64,000 nucleotides of DNA, from contig CATNCS010000005.1 of assembly GCA_950097245.1 (NCBI GenBank), positions 5,678 to 69,677 on the forward strand, written 5' to 3'. Position numbers and translations under genes: made by a program. This document shows, piece by piece, positions 40,735 through 50,837 of this stretch (positions are counted from its first letter, which is position 1; each line of letters begins with the position of its first letter). The DNA is from an uncultured Oscillospiraceae bacterium (GTDB lineage: Bacteria > Bacillota > Clostridia > Oscillospirales > Oscillospiraceae). The notes under the pieces are model-generated. The model was not told the DNA's origin, ran no database searches, and was given only the letters and a program-made list of their open reading frames with translations.

Positions 40735-41574
40735 TTATTTGCCGCCGGTGGAGGCGATGCCCTCGATGAACTGGCGCTGGAAGATCAGGTAGAGGATGAC
40801 CATGGGCAGCATAGCCAGCAGGGAGCCCGCCATCAGAATGGGGAAATTGGTGGAGAACTGGCCCCGGAGGGTGGCCAGGCCGGAGGAGAGGGTCATCATG
40901 TTCAGGTCGGAGTTGACCACCAGGGGCCACATCAGGTCGCTGTACGCGAACACGGCGGTGAAGATGGTCAGGGCGGCCACGGAGGTGCCTGTCAGGGGGA
41001 ACATGACCTTATAGAAGGTCTGCCACTGGTTGCAGCCGTCCAGGTAGGCGGCCTCGCCGATCTCCTTGGGGATGCCCATGTAGGTCTGCCGCAGGAAGAA
41101 CACGCCGAAGGCGCTGACGATGCCGGGGAAGACCAGAGCGAAGATGGTGTTAGCCATGCCCATTTTCGCCACCATCTGATACTGGGGGATGATGAAGATC
41201 TGACTGGGCAGGGACATCTGCACCAGCACGATGCCGAACAGCAGCTTCTTGCCCCGGAAGTTCAGCATGGCGAAGGCGTAGCCAGCCATGGAGCTGAAGG
41301 CCACGGCGCAGATTACCCGGAAGAAGATGAGCAGGCCGGTGTTCAGATACAGCTTGAGGAAGGGCAGGCTCTTCATGGCGTCGCCGAAGTTGCCGGTCAC
41401 GATCTCCTCGGGGAAGATGGTGGGGGGCACCTGCATGCTCTCGGGGACGGTTTTCAGACTGGTGAGGATCATCCACACAAAGGGGAAGATCATGATGAGG
41501 GAGCCCAAAATCAGGGCCGCGTAGGTGAGGACGGTCGTTCGCTTCTGGGAGGCCTCTAAAGAACGATTTTTCAT
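40735..41574 (-). CDS. Carbohydrate ABC transporter permease
   Basis: EAA loop IPKEIGEAAYLDG; multiple TM helices. Confidence 0.93.
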   Translation of the reverse strand: MKNRSLEASQKRTTVLTYAALILGSLIMIFPFVWMILTSLKTVPESMQVPPTIFPEEIVTGNFGDAMKSLPFLKLYLNTGLLIFFRVICAVAFSSMAGYAFAMLNFRGKKLLFGIVLVQMSLPSQIFIIPQYQMVAKMGMANTIFALVFPGIVSAFGVFFLRQTYMGIPKEIGEAAYLDGCNQWQTFYKVMFPLTGTSVAALTIFTAVFAYSDLMWPLVVNSDLNMMTLSSGLATLRGQFSTNFPILMAGSLLAMLPMVILYLIFQRQFIEGIASTGGK

Positions 41575-41586
41575 CTTGTTTCCTCC

Positions 41587-42474
41587 TTACACGTCGTAGT
41601 TGACCCACTTTTTCTGCCCATAGAACTGGATCACGGTGATCATACCGATGAGCAGGACGGTCCAGATGACGATGGCGGAGCCGGTGCCGCGGCTGCCGGC
41701 GATGAAGGACTCGCGGTAGAATAAATACATCAGGCTCTGTACGCTGGTGACGGCGGGGTTGGTCTCCTCCACCATCATGTAGATCAGGTCGTAGACCTTG
41801 ACGGCGGACATCAGGCGCATAATCATCACCACGAACAGAGTGGGGGAGACCATGGGCAGGGTGATGGTGAAGAACTGCTTCACCTTGCCGGCGCCGTCGA
41901 TGCTGTTGGCCTCGTAGAGGGTTTTCGGGATGTTCTGCAGGCCGGCCAGCAGGAGGACGGCGTCGTAGCCGATGTTGCTCCAGATGGCCACGATAGCGCA
42001 GGAGACCATGACGATTTTGGGGTCGGTGATCCAGCCCACATGGGCGCCGAAGACTTGGTTCAGGATGCCGTACTCGCCGTTGAAAATCCAGCGCCACACC
42101 ATGGTGACGGCGGCGGGGGCGCAGACCATAGGCAGGAAGAAGATGGTCCGGAAGCCGCCCTTGAATTTGATCTTGGCGTTGAGGAGCATGGCCACCAGCA
42201 GGGAGAGGAACAGCCCCACGGGTACGGTGAGGATACAGAACAGGATGGTGTTCCAGGTGGCCTTCCAGAACTCGGGGGTCTGGAAGATCTCGGCGTAGTT
42301 GGCCAGGCCGATGAATTTATAGTGGCCGAAGCCAAGGTGTTCGCAAAAACTGGTGTAGATGGTCTGAATGAAGGGCCAGATGTTCAGCACCACCAGGCCG
42401 ATGATGGTGGGGGCTACCATGATCCAGCCCCAGTTTTCTTCCCGCCGGGTGGCGGGGGACAGTTTGTTGTTCAC
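41587..42474 (-). CDS. Carbohydrate ABC transporter permease
   Basis: AGLQNIPKTLYEANSIDGA EAA loop; GTG start. Confidence 0.93.
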   Translation of the reverse strand: MNNKLSPATRREENWGWIMVAPTIIGLVVLNIWPFIQTIYTSFCEHLGFGHYKFIGLANYAEIFQTPEFWKATWNTILFCILTVPVGLFLSLLVAMLLNAKIKFKGGFRTIFFLPMVCAPAAVTMVWRWIFNGEYGILNQVFGAHVGWITDPKIVMVSCAIVAIWSNIGYDAVLLLAGLQNIPKTLYEANSIDGAGKVKQFFTITLPMVSPTLFVVMIMRLMSAVKVYDLIYMMVEETNPAVTSVQSLMYLFYRESFIAGSRGTGSAIVIWTVLLIGMITVIQFYGQKKWVNYDV

Positions 42475-42488
42475 AGAAAATCCTCCTC

Positions 42489-43787
42489 TCAGTCTCCCGC
42501 CAATTTCTTGGCGGTCTCGGTATCTACGATCTTCTGCATATTAGCCAGTGCGGAGTCCAGACTCTGCTGGCCATTGTAGACCTTATTCAGCTCGTCCAGA
42601 ACGGGGCTCTTCCACTTGGGCTTGGCGGAGTTGTTCACGTTCTGCACGCCGTACTCGAACTGGTCCATGACCATTTCCACATTGATGTCGTAGCCGGCCT
42701 TGTCAAAGGCATCGAAGTAGGGCTGCTCGGTGCCATTGTAAGCGGAGATAGCTGCGCCGTAGGAGCTGGCCAGCAGCTGAGCCTCCTCAGTGCCGAAGAA
42801 CTTGATTACATCCAGGGCGATCTCCCTGGTTTTGCCGTGGGCGGCGGTGGAGTAGCACAAACCGTTGGAGATGGTGGCCCGGCCGTCGCCGCTGACGGGA
42901 TCGGGGCACTTGGGCATGGGAGCGATATCCCACTTGCCGTCCATATTGGGGAAGTTGATGCACTTGTTCATCAGCTCCCAGTTGCCCTCGATGTACATGG
43001 AGCCCACCTCAGAGAAGAAGGCGGTGCCGGGGGCGGTCTCGGCGAAATAGGCCTGCTTGGGGCACCAGTCATAGTTTTGGAGGCCCACATAGAATTCCAT
43101 GCCCTTTTTGGTGCCGGGCTGGTCGAAGCCGGCCTTGGTGAAGTCCTCGTTCAGAATGTAGCCGCCGGCCTGGTAGACAAAGCTCCAGTAGCCCATCTGG
43201 TCGTCGTTGTAGGCCATGTAGCCGTACTTGCCGGTCTTGTCATAGATGGTCTGAGAGGCGTTTACCATGTCGTCCCAGGTCCAGTTCTCGTCGGGGTAGG
43301 CTACCCCGGCGGCATCGAACATCTCCTTGTTGTAGATCAGGAAGATGTTGTCCTTGTCCTTGGGCACGCCGTACATCCGGCCGTCGGAGCCCTGGGCGTT
43401 GCCAATGGAGATCTCGGAGAAATGGTTTTGATAGTAGTTGGGCTCCACGTCGTCGTAGAGCTCCGTCACGTCGGCCAGCATACCAAAGTCGGAGTAGTAC
43501 AAAATCTGGTTGGTGTGCATCCAGAAGATATCCGGCATAGTGTTGGACTCGGCGGCGGCCTCCAGCTTGGTCCAGTACTCGTTCCAGCTGGTGACCTGTA
43601 CCTCAATGGTTACGTCCGGGTTTTTGGCGGTGTAGGCGTCGCAGATGGCCTGCATGCTGTCGCGCTGGGCCACGTCCCAGATCTGGAATTTGAGACGGGT
43701 CTTGCCATCTGACGCGCCGCACCCGGACAGGGACAGCAGCAGCGTTATGGCCAAGACAAGGGCTGTGATGCGGGGTATCTTTTTCAT
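42489..43787 (-). CDS. Sugar ABC transporter substrate-binding lipoprotein
   Basis: Lipobox LSGC; family-1 solute-binding protein features (MPDIFWM, IYNKEMFD). Confidence 0.92.
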   Translation of the reverse strand: MKKIPRITALVLAITLLLSLSGCGASDGKTRLKFQIWDVAQRDSMQAICDAYTAKNPDVTIEVQVTSWNEYWTKLEAAAESNTMPDIFWMHTNQILYYSDFGMLADVTELYDDVEPNYYQNHFSEISIGNAQGSDGRMYGVPKDKDNIFLIYNKEMFDAAGVAYPDENWTWDDMVNASQTIYDKTGKYGYMAYNDDQMGYWSFVYQAGGYILNEDFTKAGFDQPGTKKGMEFYVGLQNYDWCPKQAYFAETAPGTAFFSEVGSMYIEGNWELMNKCINFPNMDGKWDIAPMPKCPDPVSGDGRATISNGLCYSTAAHGKTREIALDVIKFFGTEEAQLLASSYGAAISAYNGTEQPYFDAFDKAGYDINVEMVMDQFEYGVQNVNNSAKPKWKSPVLDELNKVYNGQQSLDSALANMQKIVDTETAKKLAGD

Positions 43788-44175
43788 AACTCCACTCCTC
43801 TGCTTTTTTGTCGCACTCGGAAAACGTTACGTAACTGTGAACAAATGATAATACGCCCCCGGGCCGGTGTAAATGGACTGGATTATACGAAATATACCAG
43901 AATGCAATATGAGGCGCTTTTGATGCACCTGAGACAACATTCTGGTATATTTTCTGAAAATTCATTGATTCTGCACAGCCGCAAGGGTTTCAGTTTGTAC
44001 AAAATGTAAAATCCGGGGTCTGAGGCGCTGAAAGAAGGAAAATAGAACAAAAATATATGGCGCTATGCGGGCTTGCGGACAAATTCTCCCCTCCGCGGCG
44101 GGAAGTGGCTCTTGCGTGCCGGATGGGGTATGTGATATAGTATCAGCACAAAAAGCGTGATAGGAGGAAGCAGAG

Positions 44176-46017
44176 ATGGCCAGGAAAAATTCTGTATTCA
44201 AGCGCCGGCTGGAAATACACTATGACGAGCTGAAATGGCTGTATCAGGAGCTCTATAGGGACGAGCAGGCCTTTGAGTACTTTACAGCCATGCTGGAGCG
44301 GTGCTGGGAGGAGCGGAAGAAGCCCCTCCGGGATCAGGATGCCCGCCGGGAGGCCGACCCCGGCTGGTACCGCCGCCGGGAGCTGCTGGGCATGATGCTC
44401 TATGTGGACGCCTTTGCCGGCAATCTGGCGGGCGTGAAGGGGAAGCTGGACTACATCAGGGAGTGTGGAGTGAACTATCTCCACCTCATGCCCCTGCTGG
44501 ACACCCCCAAGGGCCGCAGCGACGGCGGCTACGCTGTCTCTGATTTCCGCTCTGTCCGGCCCGACCTGGGGACCATGGGCGACCTGGAATCTCTGGCCGA
44601 CGCCTGCCGGAAGCAGGGGATCAGCCTGTGTCTGGACTTTGTGATGAACCACACCAGCGAGGAACACGACTGGGCCAAACGGGCCCGGGCGGGGGAGCCG
44701 GGCTATCAGGAGCGGTATTTCTTCTACGACAGCTGGGACATCCCCAGGAAATTCGAGGAGACCGTCCCCCAGGTGTTCCCCACCACCGCCCCGGGCAGCT
44801 TCACCCAGCTGGAGGACGGGCGGATCGTCATGACCAATTTCTACCCCTACCAGTGGGACCTGAACTACGCCAACCCCACCGTCTTCAACGACATGACGGA
44901 AAATCTCCTTTCCCTGGCCAACCGGGGCATCGACGTCATCCGCCTGGATGCCATCCCCTATATCTGGAAGGAGCTGGGCACCAACTGCCGCAATCTGCCC
45001 CAGGTCCACACCCTGGCCCGGATGCTTCGGATGGTGTGTGAGATTGTCTGCCCCGGCGTGCTGCTGCTGGGCGAGGTGGTGATGGAGCCGGCCAAGGTGG
45101 CCCCCTACTTCGGCACGCCGGAGAAGCCCGAGTGCCACATGCTCTACAACGTCACCACCATGGCCACCACCTGGCACACCCTGGCCACCGGGGATGCATC
45201 CCTCTTAAAGCGGCAGATGGAGATAGTCTGTTCCCTCCCCAGGGACTTCCTGTTTCTGAACTATCTGCGCTGTCACGACGATATTGGCTGGGGGCTGGAT
45301 TACCCCTGGCTGGGGCAGAGCTTCGGCACCGACGAGGTGGCCCACAAGCGGTATCTCAACAACTGGTTTACCGGCCGGTGGCCGGGCAGCGACGCCCGGG
45401 GGGAGCTGTACAACGACGATCCCCGCCTGGGAGACGCCCGGCTGTGCGGCACTACCGCCTCCCTGTGCGGGGTGGAAGCCGCCGACTTCGAGGGGGACCC
45501 CTTCAAGCTGGAGCGGGCGGTGGCCTGCGATTTGACCCTCCACGCGTGGATGCTGTCCCAGAGCGGCATCCCGGTGATCTACAGCGGAGATGAGGTCGGC
45601 CGGCTCAACGACTACACCTACCATGACGACCCGGACAAGCGGGAGGACAGCCGGTATATCCACCGGGGAGCCTTCCAGTGGGGGCTGGCCGAGCTGCGCT
45701 CCAACCCTGATACATATCAGGGCAAGCTGTTCCAGGGCCTGCGCCGGCTGGAGGAGATCAGGGCCGGGGAGCCCTGCTTCGACGGAGACGCCGATGTGTG
45801 GGTAGAGGACAGTGGAGACAGCCGGGTGCTGGCCCTCTGCCGCCGGTCCGGAGACCGGGAGCTGGTCTGCCTGTTCAACTTCAGCGGGCAGTTTGTCCGT
45901 GCCGGCGCAGGCCGGGAGGGCAGCTATACCGAGCTGATGTACGGCACAAAATATGAGGACATCCGCTCCATTGAGCTGTGGCCCAACGGCTTTGCCTGGC
46001 TGCTGCGGGACGAATGA
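44176..46017 (+). CDS. GH13 amylosucrase/sucrose hydrolase-like enzyme
   Basis: NYLHLMP, DFVMNHTS, RLDAIPY, GEV, RCHDD catalytic regions. Confidence 0.9.
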   Translation: MARKNSVFKRRLEIHYDELKWLYQELYRDEQAFEYFTAMLERCWEERKKPLRDQDARREADPGWYRRRELLGMMLYVDAFAGNLAGVKGKLDYIRECGVNYLHLMPLLDTPKGRSDGGYAVSDFRSVRPDLGTMGDLESLADACRKQGISLCLDFVMNHTSEEHDWAKRARAGEPGYQERYFFYDSWDIPRKFEETVPQVFPTTAPGSFTQLEDGRIVMTNFYPYQWDLNYANPTVFNDMTENLLSLANRGIDVIRLDAIPYIWKELGTNCRNLPQVHTLARMLRMVCEIVCPGVLLLGEVVMEPAKVAPYFGTPEKPECHMLYNVTTMATTWHTLATGDASLLKRQMEIVCSLPRDFLFLNYLRCHDDIGWGLDYPWLGQSFGTDEVAHKRYLNNWFTGRWPGSDARGELYNDDPRLGDARLCGTTASLCGVEAADFEGDPFKLERAVACDLTLHAWMLSQSGIPVIYSGDEVGRLNDYTYHDDPDKREDSRYIHRGAFQWGLAELRSNPDTYQGKLFQGLRRLEEIRAGEPCFDGDADVWVEDSGDSRVLALCRRSGDRELVCLFNFSGQFVRAGAGREGSYTELMYGTKYEDIRSIELWPNGFAWLLRDE

Positions 46018-46023
46018 ATGTGC

Positions 46024-46056
46024 AAAACGCGCCGGCTGGAGGCCGGCGCGTTTTTT
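46024..46056. terminator. Terminator between convergent GH13 and HisD-like genes
   Basis: AAAACGCGCCGGC-loop-GCCGGCGCGTTTTTT. Confidence 0.85.
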
Positions 46057-46063
46057 GTGCGGT

Positions 46064-47332
46064 TTAGTTCAGCAGCTCCAGGCGAATCTCCGCAGCCCGG
46101 GCGTGGGCCTCCAGCCCCTCGCCGTGGGCCATACGGGATACAAGAGGGGCGATCTCCCGCATGGCATTGGGCTGATAGCGCTGGAAGGTGCACACCTTCA
46201 GAAAGGTGCCCACCCACACGCCGCCGGTGTAGCGGGCAGCACGGACGGTGGGCAGGGTGTGGTTGGTGCCTGAGGCGTAGTCGCCAAAGACCTCGCCGGT
46301 CTCCTGACCCAGGAAGAGGGAGCCGAAATTGACCAGCCTGGGCAGGATGGACTCGTCCCGGACAATGACCTCCAGGTGCTCCGGGGCGATGTGGTTGGCG
46401 ATATCCGCCGCCTCCTCCAGGCTGTCTGCAAGAATGACCTCACCGAAGGTATCCCAGGAGGAGCGGGCGATGTCCGCCGTTTTCAGGTGGTCCAGCTGTT
46501 CCTGAACCGCCTGGAGCACGGCCTGGCCCAGGGTCCGGCTGGTGGTGACCAGGATACCCTTGGCCATCCGGTCGTGCTCCGACTGGGCCAGCATGTCGGC
46601 GGCCAGGATGCGGGGGTCGGCGCTGTCGTCGGCGATGGCCAGCACCTCGCTGGGACCGGCGAAGAAGTCGATGCCCACCTGGCCGTAGCACTGGCGCTTG
46701 GCCTCGGCCACATACTGGTTGCCCGGCCCCACAATCACGTCCACCGGGTGAATCTGCTCTGTGCCATAGGCCAGAGCGGCGATGGCCTGGGCCCCGCCTG
46801 CGGTGTAGATCTCGTCGGCGCCGGCGATGTCCATGGCCACCAGAGTCTTGTAGTGGATAGAGTCCGTGCCCTTTACCGCCGGGGCGCAGGCGGCCACCCG
46901 GGCCACCCCCGCCGCCTTGGCGGGGATGATGAGCATCAGGGCGGTGGAGAACAGGGGATAGGAGCCCCCGGGGACATAGCAGCCGCAGGAGCCGACAGGG
47001 ATGACCCGGTGGCCCAGGGCGGCTCCGGGGATGTTGGAGAAGCCGTCCAGAGGCCGGAGGCACTCCTTCTGGGCCTGGGCGAACTTTTGGATGTGGCCGG
47101 CGGCCTGGCGCAGGTCGTCCAGCTCCTGCCGGGTCATTTGGGCGTAGGCCGCGTCGATCTCCTCCCGGGTGACCCGGAGGCTGGCGCGGCTGCTGCCGTC
47201 AAAGCGGGTGTTATATTCCACAAGGGCGCTGTCGCCCCGGTCACGGATTGCCCGGATGATCTCAGCCACCTGCCGGCTCCGCTCCTCCAGCTCTCCGGCG
47301 GGGCGGACGGCCGCTTGTTTCAGATATTCCAT
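46064..47332 (-). CDS. Histidinol dehydrogenase-family protein (orphan paralog)
   Basis: GCYVPGG, GPGNQYV..AK, AGPSE, AQSEH, APEHL, GDYASGTNHTLPT; no his genes nearby. Confidence 0.85.
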   Translation of the reverse strand: MEYLKQAAVRPAGELEERSRQVAEIIRAIRDRGDSALVEYNTRFDGSSRASLRVTREEIDAAYAQMTRQELDDLRQAAGHIQKFAQAQKECLRPLDGFSNIPGAALGHRVIPVGSCGCYVPGGSYPLFSTALMLIIPAKAAGVARVAACAPAVKGTDSIHYKTLVAMDIAGADEIYTAGGAQAIAALAYGTEQIHPVDVIVGPGNQYVAEAKRQCYGQVGIDFFAGPSEVLAIADDSADPRILAADMLAQSEHDRMAKGILVTTSRTLGQAVLQAVQEQLDHLKTADIARSSWDTFGEVILADSLEEAADIANHIAPEHLEVIVRDESILPRLVNFGSLFLGQETGEVFGDYASGTNHTLPTVRAARYTGGVWVGTFLKVCTFQRYQPNAMREIAPLVSRMAHGEGLEAHARAAEIRLELLN

Positions 47333-47401
47333 AGGGGAAAACCTCCTTTTGCTTCCATATCATAAGCCTAAAGTGGGAGCAGGTCAAGGAAAAGATTTAT
47401 A

Positions 47402-47446
47402 AAAGCGGACAGGACCCCCGGCCTGGCCGAAGGTCCTGTCCGCTTT
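47402..47446 (-). terminator. Terminator after the symporter gene
   Basis: AAAGCGGACAGGACC...GGTCCTGTCCGCTTT. Confidence 0.8.
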
Positions 47447-47473
47447 GCAAGGAAGATAAGGAAGAAAGCAAAT

Positions 47474-48718
47474 TTACTTGGCGGCCTTGATGGCGCGCTG
47501 GAACCAGTCCTTACCGTCCACATACCGGGAGACGATGTAGCACACCACATAGTCGCCGGCGGAGTTAATCATGGTGGCGGGAGGATCAACCAGGTTGCCG
47601 ATGGCGACCAGGATGGGGAAGGCCAGCTCCATCTGAGTGGGGAAGAAGATGGAGCAGATGATGTACTCGCCGATGTAGCCGCCGCCGGGGACGCCGCTCA
47701 TACCCACAGAGGAGAGCACGGCCACCAGGATGACCATGGGGAGCATGCCCCAGGTGAACTTCTGGCCGAACACGCCGAAGACGAAGGCGATCTTCAGTAC
47801 GCAGGAGAAGCAGGAGCCGTCCATGTGCATGGTGGCGCCCAGGGGCAGGACCATGCCGGAGATGTCCTTGTCGATGCCGGTGGCGTCGGCCTCGGCGATG
47901 TTGGTGGGGATGGTGGCCACGGAGGAGCAGGTGCCCAGAGAGACGATAGCGGGGCGGGCGATGTGGCTGAACATGGTCTTGATGGCGCCCTTGCCGCCGC
48001 CGAACCAGGCGAACAGGGGAAACGCGGTAAAGATGTAGATGAAGCACAGGGGATAGTATACGATCATGGCCCGGCCGTAGCCCGTAGCCACGGTGGCGCC
48101 GTAGGTGGCCACCAGGTCAGCGAAGATGGCGAAGAAGGCGATGGGGGCGTAGTAGGTGATGATGTTGACAAACTTCATCATGGTGTCGGTGAGGCCGGCC
48201 AGGAACTTGCCCATGATGGACTCCTTGCCGCCGGTGAGCTGCACGGAGAAGCCAAACAGCACGGAGAACACGATCAGAGGCAGCATGGCCCGGCGGGACA
48301 GCAGGCCCACAAAGTCGCTGGCGGTAAAGAAGTTAACCACCATGTCGGTCATGGAGGCGTACTCGCCGATGGCCTCGCCGGCCATGTCATGCCAGGGCTC
48401 CAGCACGGGGGGAATCAGCTTCATCAGCACGAACATGATGAGTGCGGCGATGGCGCCGGTGACCACGAAGGTGGCTACGGTGGTGGTCATGATCTTGCCG
48501 GCCTTCTGGCGGCTCTCCATGTTGGCGATGGAGCCGGCGATAGAGGCGAACACCATGGGGACCACCACGCAGAACATCATGTTGATAAACATGGTGCCCA
48601 GGAAGGCGATCTTGTGTCCAGTCTCCGGAGCGACCCAGCCCACGATGGCGCCGGCCACCATGCAGCTGAGCAGAATAGCTAGAAAGCGGTAGTTCTTCGC
48701 GACTGATTTTTTATCCAT
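47474..48718 (-). CDS. Dicarboxylate/amino acid:cation symporter (DAACS)
   Basis: GTCSSVATIP, LPLGATMHMDG, GVPGGG motifs. Confidence 0.92.
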   Translation of the reverse strand: MDKKSVAKNYRFLAILLSCMVAGAIVGWVAPETGHKIAFLGTMFINMMFCVVVPMVFASIAGSIANMESRQKAGKIMTTTVATFVVTGAIAALIMFVLMKLIPPVLEPWHDMAGEAIGEYASMTDMVVNFFTASDFVGLLSRRAMLPLIVFSVLFGFSVQLTGGKESIMGKFLAGLTDTMMKFVNIITYYAPIAFFAIFADLVATYGATVATGYGRAMIVYYPLCFIYIFTAFPLFAWFGGGKGAIKTMFSHIARPAIVSLGTCSSVATIPTNIAEADATGIDKDISGMVLPLGATMHMDGSCFSCVLKIAFVFGVFGQKFTWGMLPMVILVAVLSSVGMSGVPGGGYIGEYIICSIFFPTQMELAFPILVAIGNLVDPPATMINSAGDYVVCYIVSRYVDGKDWFQRAIKAAK

Positions 48719-48767
48719 GAATCAGTATCTCCTTTGTTTTTATTTCTCTCAATTATGTCGGTTATGA

Positions 48768-48793
48768 TTCCCGCCCCCGGAGGGGGCGGGAAC
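48768..48793 (-). terminator. Terminator-like hairpin after the L,D-transpeptidase gene
   Basis: TTCCCGCCCCC-GGA-GGGGGCGGGAA. Confidence 0.7.
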
Positions 48794-48811
48794 ACAACGC
48801 TGTGTTCCGGC

Positions 48812-49651
48812 TTAGAGGATGACGATGACAGCGTCGTTCTTCAGGGTCTGGAGGATCTCCACCATCATGTCGGTGGGAACGGCCACGCAGCCGGCGGTAC
48901 CCTTGCCGGTCTCGCAGTGGAAGAAGATGGCGGAGCCCATGCCGGGGGTGCAGGTGGTGTTGTAGTTGATGGCGATGGCGTAGTCATAGGCGGGGCCCAC
49001 GCCGATGAGGTGCTCGGTGCTGTAGTCGGGCTTGCTGTCCAGCTTCACCAGCTTGTTGTAGTTCTCGTTGGCGGGGTCGTCCACCCAGTAGTCCTCCTCG
49101 CTGACCTTCAGGTAGTCGCGGACGCTGCCGGGATCGTCCTGGATGCCGAAGGCCTGGCCGAAGGTGTAAACGCCCTTGGGAGTGCAACCGTCGCCCTCCT
49201 TCTTGTCGGCGGTGGTGCCGTTGCGGCCCACAAAGGCGTTGTCGGTGGTCATGGTCTGCTTCCAGAAGCCGTCCTGATACTCATAGACGGACACGGTGGC
49301 CTCAGGGGCGCCCTCAGCCTTGGGCTGAACCAGGATGTAGGAGGACACGCCGCTGCTGGGAGTGGCCAGCTTGACCTGCTTGTTGGCGCCGTCCCATTCC
49401 ACGGTCAGGTTCAGCAGCTCGCCGATGGCACGCAGGGGCAGGTAGGTGGTGCCGTCGATGATGAAGGGCTCGGTGGCGTTGCCGGCGCTGTCCTTCAGGC
49501 TGGCCTTGACGCCGTTGAGGGTCACGCTGTAGTCGTTGTACACGATGTCCTTGCTGATGGTACTCTGGAGAGCCAGGGCACCGGCGATCATGCTTAGAGC
49601 CATGCAGGCGGTGAGAGCGGCAGCGCCGAGCTTCTTCAGGAATTTTTTCAT
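48812..49651 (-). CDS. Secreted L,D-transpeptidase (YkuD-like) with N-terminal stalk/copper amine oxidase N-like domain
   Basis: Signal peptide; PFIIDGTTYLPLRAI stalk motif; AIFFH...TAGCV catalytic His/Cys. Confidence 0.85.
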   Translation of the reverse strand: MKKFLKKLGAAALTACMALSMIAGALALQSTISKDIVYNDYSVTLNGVKASLKDSAGNATEPFIIDGTTYLPLRAIGELLNLTVEWDGANKQVKLATPSSGVSSYILVQPKAEGAPEATVSVYEYQDGFWKQTMTTDNAFVGRNGTTADKKEGDGCTPKGVYTFGQAFGIQDDPGSVRDYLKVSEEDYWVDDPANENYNKLVKLDSKPDYSTEHLIGVGPAYDYAIAINYNTTCTPGMGSAIFFHCETGKGTAGCVAVPTDMMVEILQTLKNDAVIVIL

Positions 49652-49760
49652 TGAGTGGTCCTTCTTTCTTTATATTTTGTGGTGCCGGCCATCGGTGCCT
49701 TGAGCAGAGTCTTCCCCGCCCGCCTCAGACCGGCTGCGCCACTTGCGCACGGGTTATGGG

Positions 49761-50600
49761 TCAGAGAGACAGCTCCTCGTCGGTATACTCCCCTTTCGCC
49801 ACGATGTTGGTGGGGCCGGTGAGATACAGGTTTTGAATCTGATCGCCCTGGCGGTCGATATCAATGACCAGCTCGCCGCCGGTCATGGCCGCCCGGACAT
49901 TCCGGCCGCTCACCTTGCCCAGCAGGGTGAGGACCGTGACCACGGAGCCGGTGCCGGTGCCGCAGGCGTAGGTGAAGTCCTCCACACCCCGCTCATAGGT
50001 ACGCTCATAGAGCTGGTCGGGGCCGGTGATCTCATAAAAGTTCACATTGGCGCCCTTTGGGAAGCTGGGGTGGTACCGCAGCTTGCGCCCCAGGTCGAAG
50101 AGTTCCTGAGCAGGGTAGTCCTTCAGGTGGTCGATGGGGACCGCCGCGTGGGGCAGTCCGGGATTGCCCAGCTCCACGTAGGAGCAGGGGTAGAGCCTAC
50201 CGTCCACCTGTACCGGGCAGTCCAGCCTGATTACGGTGGGGTCGTTGAGGCGGACCCGATACATCCGCCGGCTGATCCGGAGGCCCGTCACCAGTCCCGC
50301 CGTGGTCTCTATCCGCTGGGACTCTCCGGCCAGGCCGGTTTCATAGCCGTAGCGGCAGATACAGCGGGCGCCGTTTCCACACATCTCGCCCATGCTGCCG
50401 TCAGCGTTGTAAAACAGCAGCTTGTAGTCGCCCCCCTGGTCCGGGGCCTCCACCACCATCAGGCCGTCCGCCCCCAGGGACAGATGCCGCTCGCACATGG
50501 TCCGGGCCAACCCGGGAAACAGACTGTGGTCCAGGTGCTCCTCCATGTTGTTGAGGACAATGAAGTCGTTTCCGGCTCCGTTCATTTTCCAGAATTTGAT
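49761..50600 (-). CDS. dapF: Diaminopimelate epimerase, apparently starting at ATC
   Basis: KM.GAGNDF, EMCGNG.RC, GNPGLPH, YERG.E..T.ACGTG; AGGAGG RBS 8 nt before ATC-AAA-TTC-TGG-AAA-ATG. Confidence 0.9.
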   Translation of the reverse strand: MKFWKMNGAGNDFIVLNNMEEHLDHSLFPGLARTMCERHLSLGADGLMVVEAPDQGGDYKLLFYNADGSMGEMCGNGARCICRYGYETGLAGESQRIETTAGLVTGLRISRRMYRVRLNDPTVIRLDCPVQVDGRLYPCSYVELGNPGLPHAAVPIDHLKDYPAQELFDLGRKLRYHPSFPKGANVNFYEITGPDQLYERTYERGVEDFTYACGTGTGSVVTVLTLLGKVSGRNVRAAMTGGELVIDIDRQGDQIQNLYLTGPTNIVAKGEYTDEELSL

Positions 50601-50837
50601 GCCTGTTACCTCCTTCCATCCGGGGTGCGGCCCCGGCGTTTCTCCATCAGGATATGGGCTAGGTCAGAAAAAGATTCCGTAATTCCTTGAGCCGGTAAAA
50701 TGGTTTAGCCAGACCAAAGCGGCTTGAGAAACCCGCGGCGGGACAGCCGGCGGACTTGTAACAAACGAGTCGAAATCTTGATGGCTTTCAGCTTCTGGAA
50801 TCGTTTTTCATGAAAAGCAGCGGGCTGCGGGGAGCAC

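Noticed and set aside
40735-43787. Missing ABC ATPase as a sign of a defective transporter
   Set aside because: Firmicute carbohydrate ABC systems commonly share an MsmK/MsmX ATPase encoded elsewhere.
50601-50837. Lysine riboswitch between ddh and dapF or upstream of ddh
   Set aside because: No AGAGG...GGAAAGG...GCCGAA-type core or matching helix layout could be found.
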